Source of the DNA: Octopus vulgaris
Lineage: Eukaryota
DNA: 64,000 bases
Direction: 5' to 3'
Assembly: GCA_951406725.2 (NCBI GenBank)
Contig: OX597822.1
Coordinates: 92,566,001-92,630,000 of the forward strand
Below are positions 52,631-63,996 of this stretch, piece after piece; position 1 is the stretch's first letter, and every line of letters begins with the position of its first letter. A program made the translations under genes and the position numbers. The notes beneath the pieces were generated by a model. That model was not told where the DNA came from and did not search any database. It was given only the letters and a program-made list of their open reading frames with translations.

Positions 52631-52712
52631 AATATATATATATTCTTGTGTATGTGTATTTTGTTTCATATTTATAGTTGCATTTTTATATTTTTATAAA
52701 TGTACTTTATAA

Positions 52713-52842
52713 ATCTCTGACGAGGCCTTGAGATATATATATATATAAGTAACTCATTTTTAACTGCATATTACCTCAATACATCTGACTAATATAGGCA
52801 GAATGAGATACATTTATCAACAGGCTAAAACAGCTGTAAGAT
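52713..52842 (+). ncRNA. Type I hammerhead with ~93-nt loop II (family E; G12 mutated in this copy)
   Basis: atct CTGACGA ggcct...aggct (A)AA ACAGCTGT A agat; the inverted copy at 53528-53548 keeps GAAA. Confidence 0.6.
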
Positions 52843-53306
52843 CCATTTTATGTGTATTATTTTTATGGTATTATCTTACTTCTTGATGTATATTGTTTTA
52901 TTTTGTTGGATTTGGATGTTCCTATTTATGTAGTTAATAAATAATATGAATTTGTAATATCTGTAAGTCGATGATTGAAATGAATCTGTTCCTCCATTTT
53001 CTTATTTGTATATATATATATCTTTATATATAAAATTGAAGCTGTGTGCGTGAGACTCTGTCTCCTCCGATTTAGATTCCTAACTACTCCCACATTTTGC
53101 AGTGCAGTTTAACCAAAAGTGGGTATCTTATAGTCGTCATTCATATCAAGCCCTTCTGGGTATTAGCGCGCGTCTACGATGAGTCTACGATTTAAAAAAA
53201 AATTTACCATCATTTTTCCGCACTTTTAATGATTTTTGCTCAGGTTATATAAGGGAAGTAACTCTCTAAAAATGCTTATATAGTTATTTCCCGGGCGATA
53301 CTGCTA

Positions 53307-53343
<37 letters not shown>

Positions 53344-53602
53344 AAATAAGAAAATGGAGGAATAGATTCCTTTCAATCATCAACTTCCAGATTATACCAA
53401 TTCATATAATTTATTAACTAATTAATTAAATTAAATAGGAGCATCCAAATCCAACAGAATAAGACAGAATAAAACAATATACATCAATAAGTAAGATAAT
53501 ACCATAAAAATAATACATATAAAATGGATCTTACAGCTGTTTCAGCCTGTAGATAAGGGTATCTCATTATGCCCATATTAGTCAGATGTGTTGAGGTAAT
53601 AT
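52768..53602. repeat. Family E inverted arms (52768-53010 / 53340-53602) meeting at (TA)n
   Basis: Diverged reverse-complement match over ~250 bp. Confidence 0.85.
53021..53307 (+). mobile_element. Non-autonomous Helitron (same family as 1428-1959) inserted in (TA)n
   Basis: A|TCTTTATATATAAAA...ccgggcgatactgCTAG|T; shares gagtctacgatttaaaaaaaaatttaccatc with copy 1; hairpin partly deleted. Confidence 0.85.
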
Positions 53603-53639
53603 ATATATATATACACACATATATATGTGTGTGTGTGTA

Positions 53640-53915
53640 TGGCCAAGTGGTTAGGGCTGCAGACTCGTGGTTGGAGGATCCCAAACTGGGCATTGTGAGT
53701 GTTTATTGAGTGAAAACACCTAAAGCTCCACAAGGCTCTGGCAGGGAGTGGTGGTGAATCCTGCTGTACTCTTTTACCACAACTTTCCCTCTTTCTTCCT
53801 ATTTCTGTTGTACCTATATTTCAAAGGGCCAGCCTTGTCAAACTCTGTGTCACGCCGAATCTCTCCAAGAACTACGTTAAGGGTACACGTGTCTGTGGAG
53901 TGCTCAACTACTTGC
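53640..53915 (+). mobile_element. tRNA-derived SINE (family of 19705-20089)
   Basis: Colinear match to 19716-20015. Confidence 0.85.
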
Positions 53916-54988
53916 AGATTAATAAATGAGCTGCGACGCCACTCATGCCAAGCTGTATTGGCCTTTGCTTTTTCCTTTGATAACATCGGTGGCGTGGAGA
54001 GGTGAGGCTGGTATGCATGGGCGACTGCTAGTTTTCTATAAAAAAACCTTGCCCAGACTTGTGCCTTGGAGGGTAATTTTAGCTTGAACTGGCGTATACT
54101 CCCCAAAACAGCCTCCTATAACACCGCAAGTAGACGCTATTATCTCTGCCTATCAGAATGCCTAGCTATACATACAGCTAAGTAAACCCTTCTCAACAGA
54201 AAATTTGAGAACAACGTTTTTTTGTCTTCACGTGGGCCTTTATTTATTTTTGAAATACCGATAGAATGGCAAAAGGGTCTTGTCTTCATGAAGTCCTCTA
54301 TGCCTTCATAATCCCAAACTAGAATACTCATCTATATAAGTCTAATTAACAGAGTAACACATGAAACACATGAATAGTCACGCCGAAAACCCACTCGCCC
54401 CAAACATTCCATAATAATACACCTTGCAAATGTTTAGGGCCCCGCCTAGCATTAAGAAATTCCTAAACTCTAGTAATAAAACAATTATTAGATGTAACAC
54501 ATTTTCAAACCACCCACTATTTGGTAAGAGTTAGCTCCCTTTTCACCCTGCTAGAGTTACCCCCTTCACTTACACCGCTAGTGTCAAAATCTATAATACG
54601 AAATGAACACGTGAGAATAAATGTGCTTAATTAAACGAGGTAACCTGCACCTAGATAATACTCACCACGCCCTAATTACCCAACGAGGATCTTTTCCTTT
54701 TGAACGGCACATGTCAACACAATTTCTTGTTAACTAAACACTTTTAAACTTCGTATACTGGTAGAATGTGTTTATTAAACATCATTTTTTCTTGGCTTTA
54801 TTGAGAAAATTCTATAGTTTGTAAGATATTTCGTCTGAAATCTCGAGCATTTCGGCAATTTTAACCAATCGCTGACCTCCATTTGGGGTGTAAACATTCC
54901 GTGCTGTATGAATATGTCACTCGTTCAAGAAACAGATTGGGTTTATTTACATTTGCGAAGAAAAAAAGATACCCTTCCTCCACCCCTA

Positions 54989-55174
54989 ACCCTAACCCTA
55001 AAATAGATTGAAATGCAAGAGATCGATACTAGGGTTATAATTATGGGTGACAATTTCATACAACACCGCTACGGAAAATGGGATTTTTTTCTAGCGGTGT
55101 GAAATGAAATTGTCACCCATAATTATAACCCTAGTATCGATCTCTTGCATTTCAATCTATTTTAGGGTTAGGGT
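54989..55174. repeat. Inverted repeat (83-bp arms) bounded by TTAGGG units
   Basis: Arms 54989-55071 / 55092-55174; (CCCTAA)3 at 54984-55001 and (TTAGGG)2 at the right end. Confidence 0.88.
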
Positions 55175-55373
55175 AGAGTTATGCATCTTGAAGAGATTTA
55201 CTTACTCCAGTAAATCGAAACAATCGTAAAAACCACCCTCATCCCTGCTTCTTACTTCTTTGTTACCTATTTAATTAAAGACATGCCAGCGTAATCCATG
55301 AGTTTCCGATTGTTATTATATCCATTTTCTTCTCTTATATATATATATAAATAAAAACTTACTTGGGGAATAT

Positions 55374-55528
55374 TTTATATTTCTATTTCCTTGTCTAATT
55401 ATATTTACAATATATTTTGTATAATGCCTTTGCTGTTATGTAATGGTGTAATAAAGTATTGATTGGGTATTATCTGATGGTTGATGTTTGATTGATTTAA
55501 GTATGTTTCTCCATTTTCTAATTTTGTA
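55374..55528 (+). repeat. Dispersed repeat near (TA)n, also at 60041-60195
   Basis: Near-identical 155-bp segment in both places. Confidence 0.8.
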
Positions 55529-55706
55529 TTATTAATTTACGGTAATATTTTTACCCTTGCCCACATAATACAGTAGATGAATTAATTGCATGGCAATTTT
55601 TAACATTTATGTATTAGTCTTGTTGGGTACCTCTCTAGCAGTATATTGGATATATGTTATCCCATGGTGGGTTGAATTTTCAACCCCTATCTCATTTTAT
55701 AACCGA

Positions 55707-55744
<38 letters not shown>

Positions 55745-55962
55745 AAGCAATAATAAATCTCTGAGCGAGGTATAAACAGTAGCAGCACAACATTGTGAAG
55801 TGTATTTGCCACCTAAATGTGGCTAACCCTTAAGGGTCGATGCTACTGTAGCTTGTAGCCCCAGGTAGACATCTCCTCCAGCTGGCTATTTGACACACTG
55901 TCTGTGCCCTGTCAGTATTTGGAAAGGGAAGTCATCATTCCCATCTCCAACCTGACGTGTAA

Positions 55963-56007
55963 CACACAAACCTGAGTTTCTGGGTATTAACACATCATCA
56001 GCATGTG
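55963..56007 (-). ncRNA. Type I hammerhead motif
   Basis: cacatg CTGATGA tgtgt-taat-accca GAA ACTCAGGT T tgtgtg; intact core, one stem II mismatch. Confidence 0.65.
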
Positions 56008-56338
56008 ACAACCACTGGTTGGCGATGGGAAGTGATTCTCAATGCAAATATATATCCTTTTTCCAGTGACGAAAAGTCACTGATCTCGAAAAAGTGGAAA
56101 AGTTGTAAAATCTGAGCCAAGCGGAAGATCTGCCTGGGGTTAAACTAGTAGTAACCATAGAACAGCCACTTTGATGTGGCAATTAACTTTATTAGTTAAA
56201 ATAGTTACTACTCTGACCTCTTCTGGAGATTTTACAACTAGCTCTTTTGATGATGCAAATCAGTGACCGATGGTCACTTCGTTTACAATATATTGCTGGC
56301 TGGAGCAGACCCTCATTATCACTTTTGCGGCCAGGCAC

Positions 56339-56387
56339 TCCCGACTGAGGATGAACCGAGCAGCTTGAAACTGAGTCAGTCTTGTGA
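56339..56387 (+). ncRNA. Type I hammerhead motif
   Basis: tcccga CTGAGGA t gaacc-gagc-agctt GAA ACTGA-G-TCAGT C ttgtga; intact core, GUC site at 56379-56381; stems I and II partly decayed. Confidence 0.65.
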
Positions 56388-56569
56388 TCCTATTGTCTGC
56401 TAGGGGATGGTTGGGGTTCACTCCCCCAGCTAGCAATATATACTGTATATAAAGGGTGCAGTGTTGCACTGATAACCAGCTGATGGAAGATCTGCCTGGG
56501 GTTAGACTAGCTATTTTGCTTTAATATTATATGTTGGGTCATGGTGGACCACTGAACTCAACACGTATT

Positions 56570-56735
56570 TTTTTTCATTCTGTCTCTATTCATTTCCTCT
56601 TATTCCTTTCTGTCAAAGAGCCTAGGGTTGAAACATAAAAGACTTTTCCATTTTTCCTGAGCATCAAACTAATACATTTGCTTGTTGTTCATACACCTGT
56701 CTTCGTCTGTTTTTCTATAAATTTTAACTATATAT
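56570..56735 (+). mobile_element. Short (TA)n-ending element with a decayed hammerhead at 56607-56640
   Basis: ttt CTGTCAA agagcctagggtt GAAACATA aaa; its 3' tail recurs at 6206-6272. Confidence 0.5.
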
Positions 56736-56789
56736 CTAGCCATAGAAACCATGCCACCTGGAGACAACTGGAGTCTGGCCAGCTCCATC

Positions 56790-57215
56790 TCTAAGGCTGG
56801 GAAAAGGGGGAACACACTGAAAATCTGGGAAAAGGGGTTACACATTGTAGAGCTGGGAGAAAGGAGAACACATTGAAAGATTGGAAGAAGAGAGCATGCA
56901 TTGTGGGGGCTGGGAGAAGGGAGAACACATTGAAAGGTTGGAAGAAGAGGGCACACATTGTAGGGCGCTGGCCAACTCCATTTCTAGGGCTGAGAAAAGA
57001 GAGAATACACTGAGAAACTGGGAGAAGAGGGCATACAGTGTAGGGTTGGGAGAAGGGAGAATACATTGAAAGGCTGGAAGAAGAGGGCACACATTGTGGG
57101 GCTGGGAGAAGGGAGAAAACATTAAAAAGCCAGGAGAAGGGAACACACATTGTAGACCTGGGAGAAGGGAGAACACATTAAAAAACTGTGAGAAAGGGGC
57201 ACACATTGTAGGGCT
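56790..57215 (+). repeat. ~56-57-bp minisatellite (~7 units)
   Basis: cacattgt recurs at about 56841, 56954, 57090, 57146 and 57202 along with gctgggagaagggagaacacattgaaa. Confidence 0.88.
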
Positions 57216-58159
57216 GTAACAAGTAAAAAATAAAAGATATTCAACACAGTTTGTTTTTCTATCTTTATTTGTCAACAATTTTTTTTATTATTTAAATTTA
57301 AATTAACAGCTAAAAATAAAGAAAAACAAAAACAATTTCAGATCTCTTGGGTTACAACTAACTGTAAATTATAATAATGGTTTTAAATTTTGGCACAAGG
57401 CCAGCAATTTTGGGGTAGGAGATAAATGAAATACATGGAACCAAGTGCTCAACAGGTACTTATTTTATCGACCCCAAAATGATGTAAAGCATAGATGTCC
57501 TCGGCGGAATTAGAACTCAGAACGTAAGAACAGATGACATCACTCCAAATAATAATAATAATAATAATAATAATAAAGGTCTATTCTTCTGCCACAACTT
57601 TTTTTTTATTGTTTTTGAGATTTGCAAAAAATTTTACCTCTTTTCAGGAGTGCCAAGTAGAAAAATAAGACAAATTTATCTGACAACCCAGCATTTGTCC
57701 ATTTGTAATTTTTATTCCTCTACTTTTGTTATTTTTCTCTCTTGTTTTTTTTTTCCCCTCTCACATTGGTTTCATCCTTTGGGAGATGAATGATCTTTTG
57801 TAAGTTGGACTTTGCAAAATGTTTGGTCGCATGGGAGTTCTTAAGCCCATTTTTATACTGGGAGGAGTGTGAGGTTCCACGACATCCCACACATGGGGGT
57901 TGTTCACTTTAAACGCCAGGATTTTGGCTATTTCTGGATGACCTAACAGGCAACAAAGGAAACAGTTTATTTTTTACTGATAAAGAATGAATGTACTTCA
58001 ACTTGTTCAACTTCTGATGGGTTTGCAGTGCACCTGACTATTGTATACAATAAGTTTGTTGTATGTTTATTTTTTTCAGCATCCAGATTCAAATGACTTT
58101 CAGTGACAAATTAGTTGATAATTTGATACAACACAGTACATAGTCACAAAAACCCATAC

Positions 58160-58620
58160 ACACACACACACTCAGACATGTGCACATAAGGAGACTGAGG
58201 TACACACACACACACATGAAAACACACAAACACACAAACATACAAACACATGAATATGCAGAATACATACAAACAAATATACACACATACATATATACAT
58301 ATACACACACACACACACATACATATGTACATGCACACAGACTTACATACATGCATACATACCTGCATACACACACTTACATGCATGCATACATACATAC
58401 ATATATATACACACACACACACATACATACATATATACATATGCACATGCACACACACATAATGCATACATACATGCATACATGCATAAATACACACATA
58501 CATATATACACACACATACATATATATATTTACACCTTCACACGCATGCATACATACATACATGCATCCATCCATACATACATACATACATACATATATA
58601 GATGTGTATGCACACACTCA
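58160..58620. repeat. Compound (CA)/(CATA) microsatellite
   Basis: Read directly. Confidence 0.95.
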
Positions 58621-59014
58621 CTGACCAACACATATGCGCACAAACAAAAAAAGAATGCAACTTGAATAATGGACAGAATCAACAACTATTGAAAAGGTTG
58701 CATGATGCAACAAAAATTCTAGAAAAATAAATAAGTAAATGAGTGGAAATTTTACCGGTGAGTTTCGCCTGACATGGCTGAGGTCATAGGTCAAAGGGAT
58801 ATGATTTATCATTTTTTGACAGGACAAAGAAAACCTTTTTTCGCACCTGTTGATCGTAGTGGTTTGAATATGAGAGAATCCTTAGATTCGGTTTTGAATT
58901 TAAGCTTGGAGAAGAAAGTGTTAATTTTTACACTACAATTTTTACAAGTGAGTTAAATAATAAAGCACTAAAAGAGAATGATTCTCCCCAGACACAACTT
59001 AATACAACTGTTTA

Positions 59015-59912
59015 TTCACTCAATTTGACATAATTGATTTTTACTTTTCTACCACCAAGGGGCTATTAATAAAAGACTTAAGTTTTGCTGGTGAAAATGC
59101 TATGATTACATAGCTGGACATAAATATCCCTATGCAAGCCAGAAAGTTGCTTCTATCTTTTAATGATTTTGTGGGAGAAACATAATGGATGGGAACTTTT
59201 CAATGTTCTAATTGGCAGCTATGATGGAGAAGAAATCAGCAACCTTACAGGGTTATTTGTTTTAGGCAATACAACATCTAGATTTAATTTTTTAGAATTA
59301 GAATTGAACAGAGATCATATTGGTTTTCAATTTTGGAACAAGGCCAGCAGTTTCAGGGGTGGGAGTTAGTCAGTTACACCAACCCCTGCAGCTTATTTTA
59401 TCAACTTCAAAAAGATGAAAGGCAGTCAACCTAGCCAGAACAGATGAAACACTACTACTCATTTTGTGTAGCATGCAGACGATTCTACTAGCTCACCACC
59501 TTAAATGACAGTCTTATAGTACTAGCTAATAAAACTGGACACTAATTAGACCACCTTATAAAAAGTTAATTAATGCTTTCAAGATCACTGATAGTAATAA
59601 CACCAGCATAGTAAACTGAGATACCATTTTAAATCTAGCTTTAATTATATACAGTTCCTATAGAAAACCTAATGAGGTTATACATTACATTAATAAAAAT
59701 TCTAACTACCCACCCTCAAATCTTACCAATAAACCTTATCAAAAAAATTCTCTAAAATATCCAATAAAGAGACATTTGACAGTTCAACCATACCTTACAA
59801 CGAGGCCCTGAGTGGAAGTGGCTTTGATGATGGGATAAAATGCATCCCTTGAAAAGGATTCCCAAACACTATGAAAACCAGGTAAAGAAAAACTATATGG
59901 TATAATCCCCCA
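59015..59912 (+). mobile_element. Decayed Penelope-like element RT, interrupted by a SINE (~59320-59503)
   Basis: FDIIDFY...; FNVLIGSYDGEEISNLTGLFVL; RD[SINE]DSL; YRKPNE..YINKNSNYPP; WYNPP. These are typical Penelope-like RT and thumb motifs. Confidence 0.8.
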
Positions 59913-59922
59913 CAAAATTCCA

Positions 59923-60002
<80 letters not shown>

Positions 60003-60230
60003 CTGTCAGATATGATATAATTACATATTATATTTTATATTTTATATTTCTATTTCCTTGTCTAATTATATTTACAATATATTTTGTATAATGCCTTTAC
60101 TGTTATGTAATGGTGTAATAAAGTATTGATTGGGTATCATCTGATGGTTGATGTTTGATTGATTTAAGTATGTTTCTCCATTTTCTAATTTTGTAGTATA
60201 TATATATATATTTATGAGTGTGTGTGTATG

Positions 60231-60596
60231 TAGGAAAAATAATGATGAGAGACAAAAGATAGGTTACTAAAATATATTCTGTAGTAAAATTATTATGAGC
60301 ACATATATCAATATAAATATATAAATATGCTAAGAATATATTTATTTCATGTATATTTTATATATTCTTAAGTGTATTTATATATTTATATATCTATATA
60401 TTTTAGCACATGATTTTGTGCACATAATAATTTTACTACAGAATGTTTTAGTAACCTATCTTTTTGTCTCTCATCATTATTTTTCCTATTTTCCTATGGT
60501 TTAAACATACTGAGCCCTTCGATGTGTCCTATATATAGAGAAAATTTTATCACTTGAAAATAAATTATATACATCCGATTCTCAGATAGAAGCCTG

Positions 60597-60598
<2 letters not shown>
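60231..60598 (+). mobile_element. (TA)n-ending inverted-repeat element (arms 60231-60303 / 60417-60488, plus tail)
   Basis: taggaaaaataatgatgagagacaaaa vs ttttgtctctcatcattatttttccta; the right arm extends to (TA)n. Confidence 0.7.
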
Positions 60599-60638
<40 letters not shown>

Positions 60639-60680
60639 TGGTTGTCTACTCTTTATGCAGAGTTTGATCACTTCATGTAC

Positions 60681-61140
60681 CTACACCATAGAACCATCAT
60701 GGCATCTGATGTGGCTTTTTAAACCAAACAATGTTCTGAAAAAACACCCACATAGATTGCATATCTGATTTGGACCACCCAAGAGCTGCAGATAAGTTCT
60801 GATCTTTGTGGATCTTAAAATGTTTTTTGAGGCCTCCGTTAGATCTGCAAACCTTCTGGGATACACTGCATTCGAAGGTGTGCACAGACATTTAAGCAGA
60901 ATAGTTGGTGGAGGTTTGTTTTCCATGGGTTTGCAAATGAGATATGAGCCCAGCATAAGAAAGGCATGGTCTGTCACAAACTGTGTATGCAAAAGGTCAA
61001 TGTCATTCACCTTCTCAATCATAATATTCTTCCTTAAATCTCTCTTGAGTCTTGCATGCGTTATCCTGGCCTCTTCAAATGCTTTCACCCCATAGGTTTG
61101 ACACCATCCAGCTTGATATATACGACAGGCTTCTATCTGA
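60681..61140 (-). mobile_element. LINE ORF2 C-terminus with C2H2-like fingers
   Basis: W...GVKAFEEAR followed by frameshifted CxxC...HxxxH motifs (CNLCGCFFRTLFGLKSHIRCH), typical of RTE-type 3' ends. Confidence 0.6.
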
Positions 61141-62124
61141 GAACCACAGCTCAACTGACATGGCTACCTGTGGACTCTCCAATATATATAAAAAAAAATT
61201 TATTTGATATAGTTACCTGCATTACTGGCACAGTCAATTGGATAAATTCCAGATTTGTTGGGGACATTTATGCGAGCACCTGAAAATGGAAAATAATTGA
61301 ATTTTTTATTTTTGCAGTTGCTTTTACAGCTGGATGGCTATACTATAACTTCTCAGTTAGGAAGTAAAAAGTAGAACTTGTTTATTCAGCCAGTCATACA
61401 GTGGTAATAAAAGTTTCTGTTGTCTTTAATTCACAAACTACCATGGATTCTTAAAAGATAGATATACAAAACTACTACAAATATATTTGCATGTGTATGT
61501 GCTTTCTGTTTTCTCTCCTACTCTTTCCCTATTCTTCTCCTCTCCCCTTCACTGTTCCCTCTCTCTCACTCTTCCTCCTTGACTCTCTCGTTGCTCACAT
61601 GTGACCAACGGCTATCCATCTTTCTTTCTTCCACTTCCTTCCTAAAGGCATGACGTGCTTTTTCCTGTCTCTTCTCAAAACTCGTTTTTCCAGCATTCAC
61701 CACTTCACCTCGTCTTGGCTTAACAGCCCTCACCGTTTGTTTTTACTGTTTTATTCTTACTGTCCTGTTTTTGTTATCACTTTAACCCTCCACAAAAATC
61801 CCAAATTTTATTTAATTTGCTTTGCGGGAACGACTGTTTTAATGAAGTCACGTCTTGTCCCTACCTTCGAAACATGGAGTAGATGAAACGGGACAACTGA
61901 TGAAGGGAATGTTCTTTATGTTGCCTGTCTCGTTTCCCTATTTGTTTCTTTTGTTGTTTGAAAAAATGTTCGTTTTCTGTTTTTGTTTTTTATGTTCTCG
62001 TTTCTCATTTTGTTCATATTTTTTTATGCCCTGTACCCATATATGCATGTATATATACATATATATGTAGGTATGTACATATATGTATGTATATATGCAT
62101 ATATTTATATATTATACATATATA

Positions 62125-62317
62125 TATTCCTTTCTCTGGATCTTTCCTTCTCCTATGTTTCCGACGAAGAGCTCCGCTCGAAACGTTAAACCCTCCTTCT
62201 TCCCTTCCTTCCTGAGCGTCCAATAATACTATATTTGTTCCACGTCCTCGCGTTGTTTGTTGTGTTTTCTCTTTGTGTTTTCATGTGTTTTCTCTTTGTG
62301 TTTTCATGTTTGGATTA

Positions 62318-62322
<5 letters not shown>
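62125..62322 (+). mobile_element. Family D element with a hammerhead motif at 62157-62191
   Basis: gttt CCGACGA a gagc-tcc-gctc GAA ACGT T aaac; ends in (TA)n. Confidence 0.75.
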
Positions 62323-62352
<30 letters not shown>

Positions 62353-63501
62353 TTTATTGTTTTTGTGTTAAGGATTGAACAGAGTGTTAAGTAACAGTCC
62401 GATTATGTAACCCTGTGCTCATCAGAGATGACAGTTATAGAATGAAGTATGGTGACTGCTCTCTATTGTTGGAGGTGAACAAACACATCTGGTTTGTGGT
62501 TGCTGTGGAAATAACAATGAAATGAACCAAGAAAGGGTTGAGTTATGAGTTGTGTCCCTTGGTGCCAAAAACAGCATCTCTTAGGGTGTTGCAAGTCAAC
62601 AAGAGTTTTTTGAAAGAGTTTATGGGAAATGTGTGTGTGAGTGTGTTTGTGTTTTATGTATATAAACACACATATATGTCTGTGTATGTGTATGCATGAA
62701 TTACTAAATGAATATATATAAACATGCATGCATGCATACATACATACATATGTACGTACATACATACATGCATACATACATACATACATACACATACATA
62801 TACATATATACATATACATACATACATACATACGTACATACACACATACATATATGCATACATGGTTAACCAGACTATCAGATGTCATTATACATCACTG
62901 GTCACAATGCACTTTGTATCATTTTAGCTTTTGAGTGATGCCACCCTGCTGGCCATCTAACATTCTCCCTGATTGGAAGTTCAGTCCATCGCAGGGTTAT
63001 CCATTTACAGCTGAATGGACTGGTGCAATGTGAAATGCACTGTTCGATCTGAGAACTGAACCCACAATCTAGCAATTGTGAGTACAACATTCTAACCACC
63101 AGTCCACACCTAGTGTTTAGGATGTTGCACATATTATATAGGAGTTTACATTGACGCTTCGTGCAATTCTCTCCCTCAGTGATTCCCAACCTTTTCACAG
63201 CAGTTCCTAACCCTTTTATTGAAATGAGTTCCCCATGGATCCCTTTTAATATGCCTATCCTCATGTACATATTTAGGTATAAAATTTTGAATTTAGTTCA
63301 CAAACCCCCAGTACTTCTTTTTCAGACCACTAGGGTCCTGTGACCCCAGGCTGGGAACCACTGTTCCAGCTTGTCAACCTTTGTTAAACCAGCCAACACA
63401 TACCAGCATGAAATAAAAGATTTATGTTAAGTGATGACAATGATATATATGTGTGTGTGGGATGGGTGGAGGGTGTTTAAACCATCCTCTGATGACCGTT
63501 T

Positions 63502-63830
63502 AGGAGTGGCTGTGTGGTTAGAATCTTGCTTCCCAACCACATGGTTCCGGGTTCAGTCCCACTGCGTGGCACCTTGGGCAAGTGCCTTCTATTATAGCCT
63601 TAGGCCGACCAAAGCCTTGTGAGTGGATTCAGTAGATGGAAACTGGAAGAAGCCCATAATATGTGTGTGTGTGTGTTTAAGTCATCGTTTGATGGTATTT
63701 AGGAGTGGCTGTGTGGTAAGAAGCTTGCTTCCCAACCACATGACTCCAGGTTCAGTCCCACTGCATGGCAATTTCGGCAAGTATCTTCTACTATGAGTGG
63801 ATTTGGTAGACAGAAACTGAAAGAAGCCTG
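63502..63830 (+). mobile_element. Two tandem tRNA-derived SINEs
   Basis: aggagtggctgtgtggt..gaa.cttgcttcccaaccacatg...ggttcagtcccactgc; further copies at 26725-26870, 40690-40870 (-) and 20600-20740 (-). Confidence 0.85.
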
Positions 63831-63831
63831 T

Positions 63832-63841
63832 TGTGTGTGTG

Positions 63842-63877
<36 letters not shown>

Positions 63878-63928
63878 TGTATGTATGTATGTATGTATGT
63901 ATGTATGTATGTATGTATGTATGTATGT

Positions 63929-63996
<68 letters not shown>

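Noticed and set aside
54140-54331. Mariner DDD-domain fragment (ILVWDYEGI)
   Set aside because: One short motif only; not enough support to call.
54984-55001. True or relic telomere
   Set aside because: Only three units, embedded in a repeat.
56669-57278. Repetitive-protein ORFs
   Set aside because: Produced by the 56-57-bp minisatellite; open in several frames with no splice support.
58089-58665. Long His/Thr/Tyr- or Cys/Val/Met-rich ORFs (also at 63-520, 2269-2804, 52343-52669, 62463-62934)
   Set aside because: They are translations of CA/TA/CATA microsatellites.
60681-61154. C2H2 zinc-finger host gene
   Set aside because: Frameshifted, lacks TGEKP linkers and follows a LINE-type C-terminal motif.
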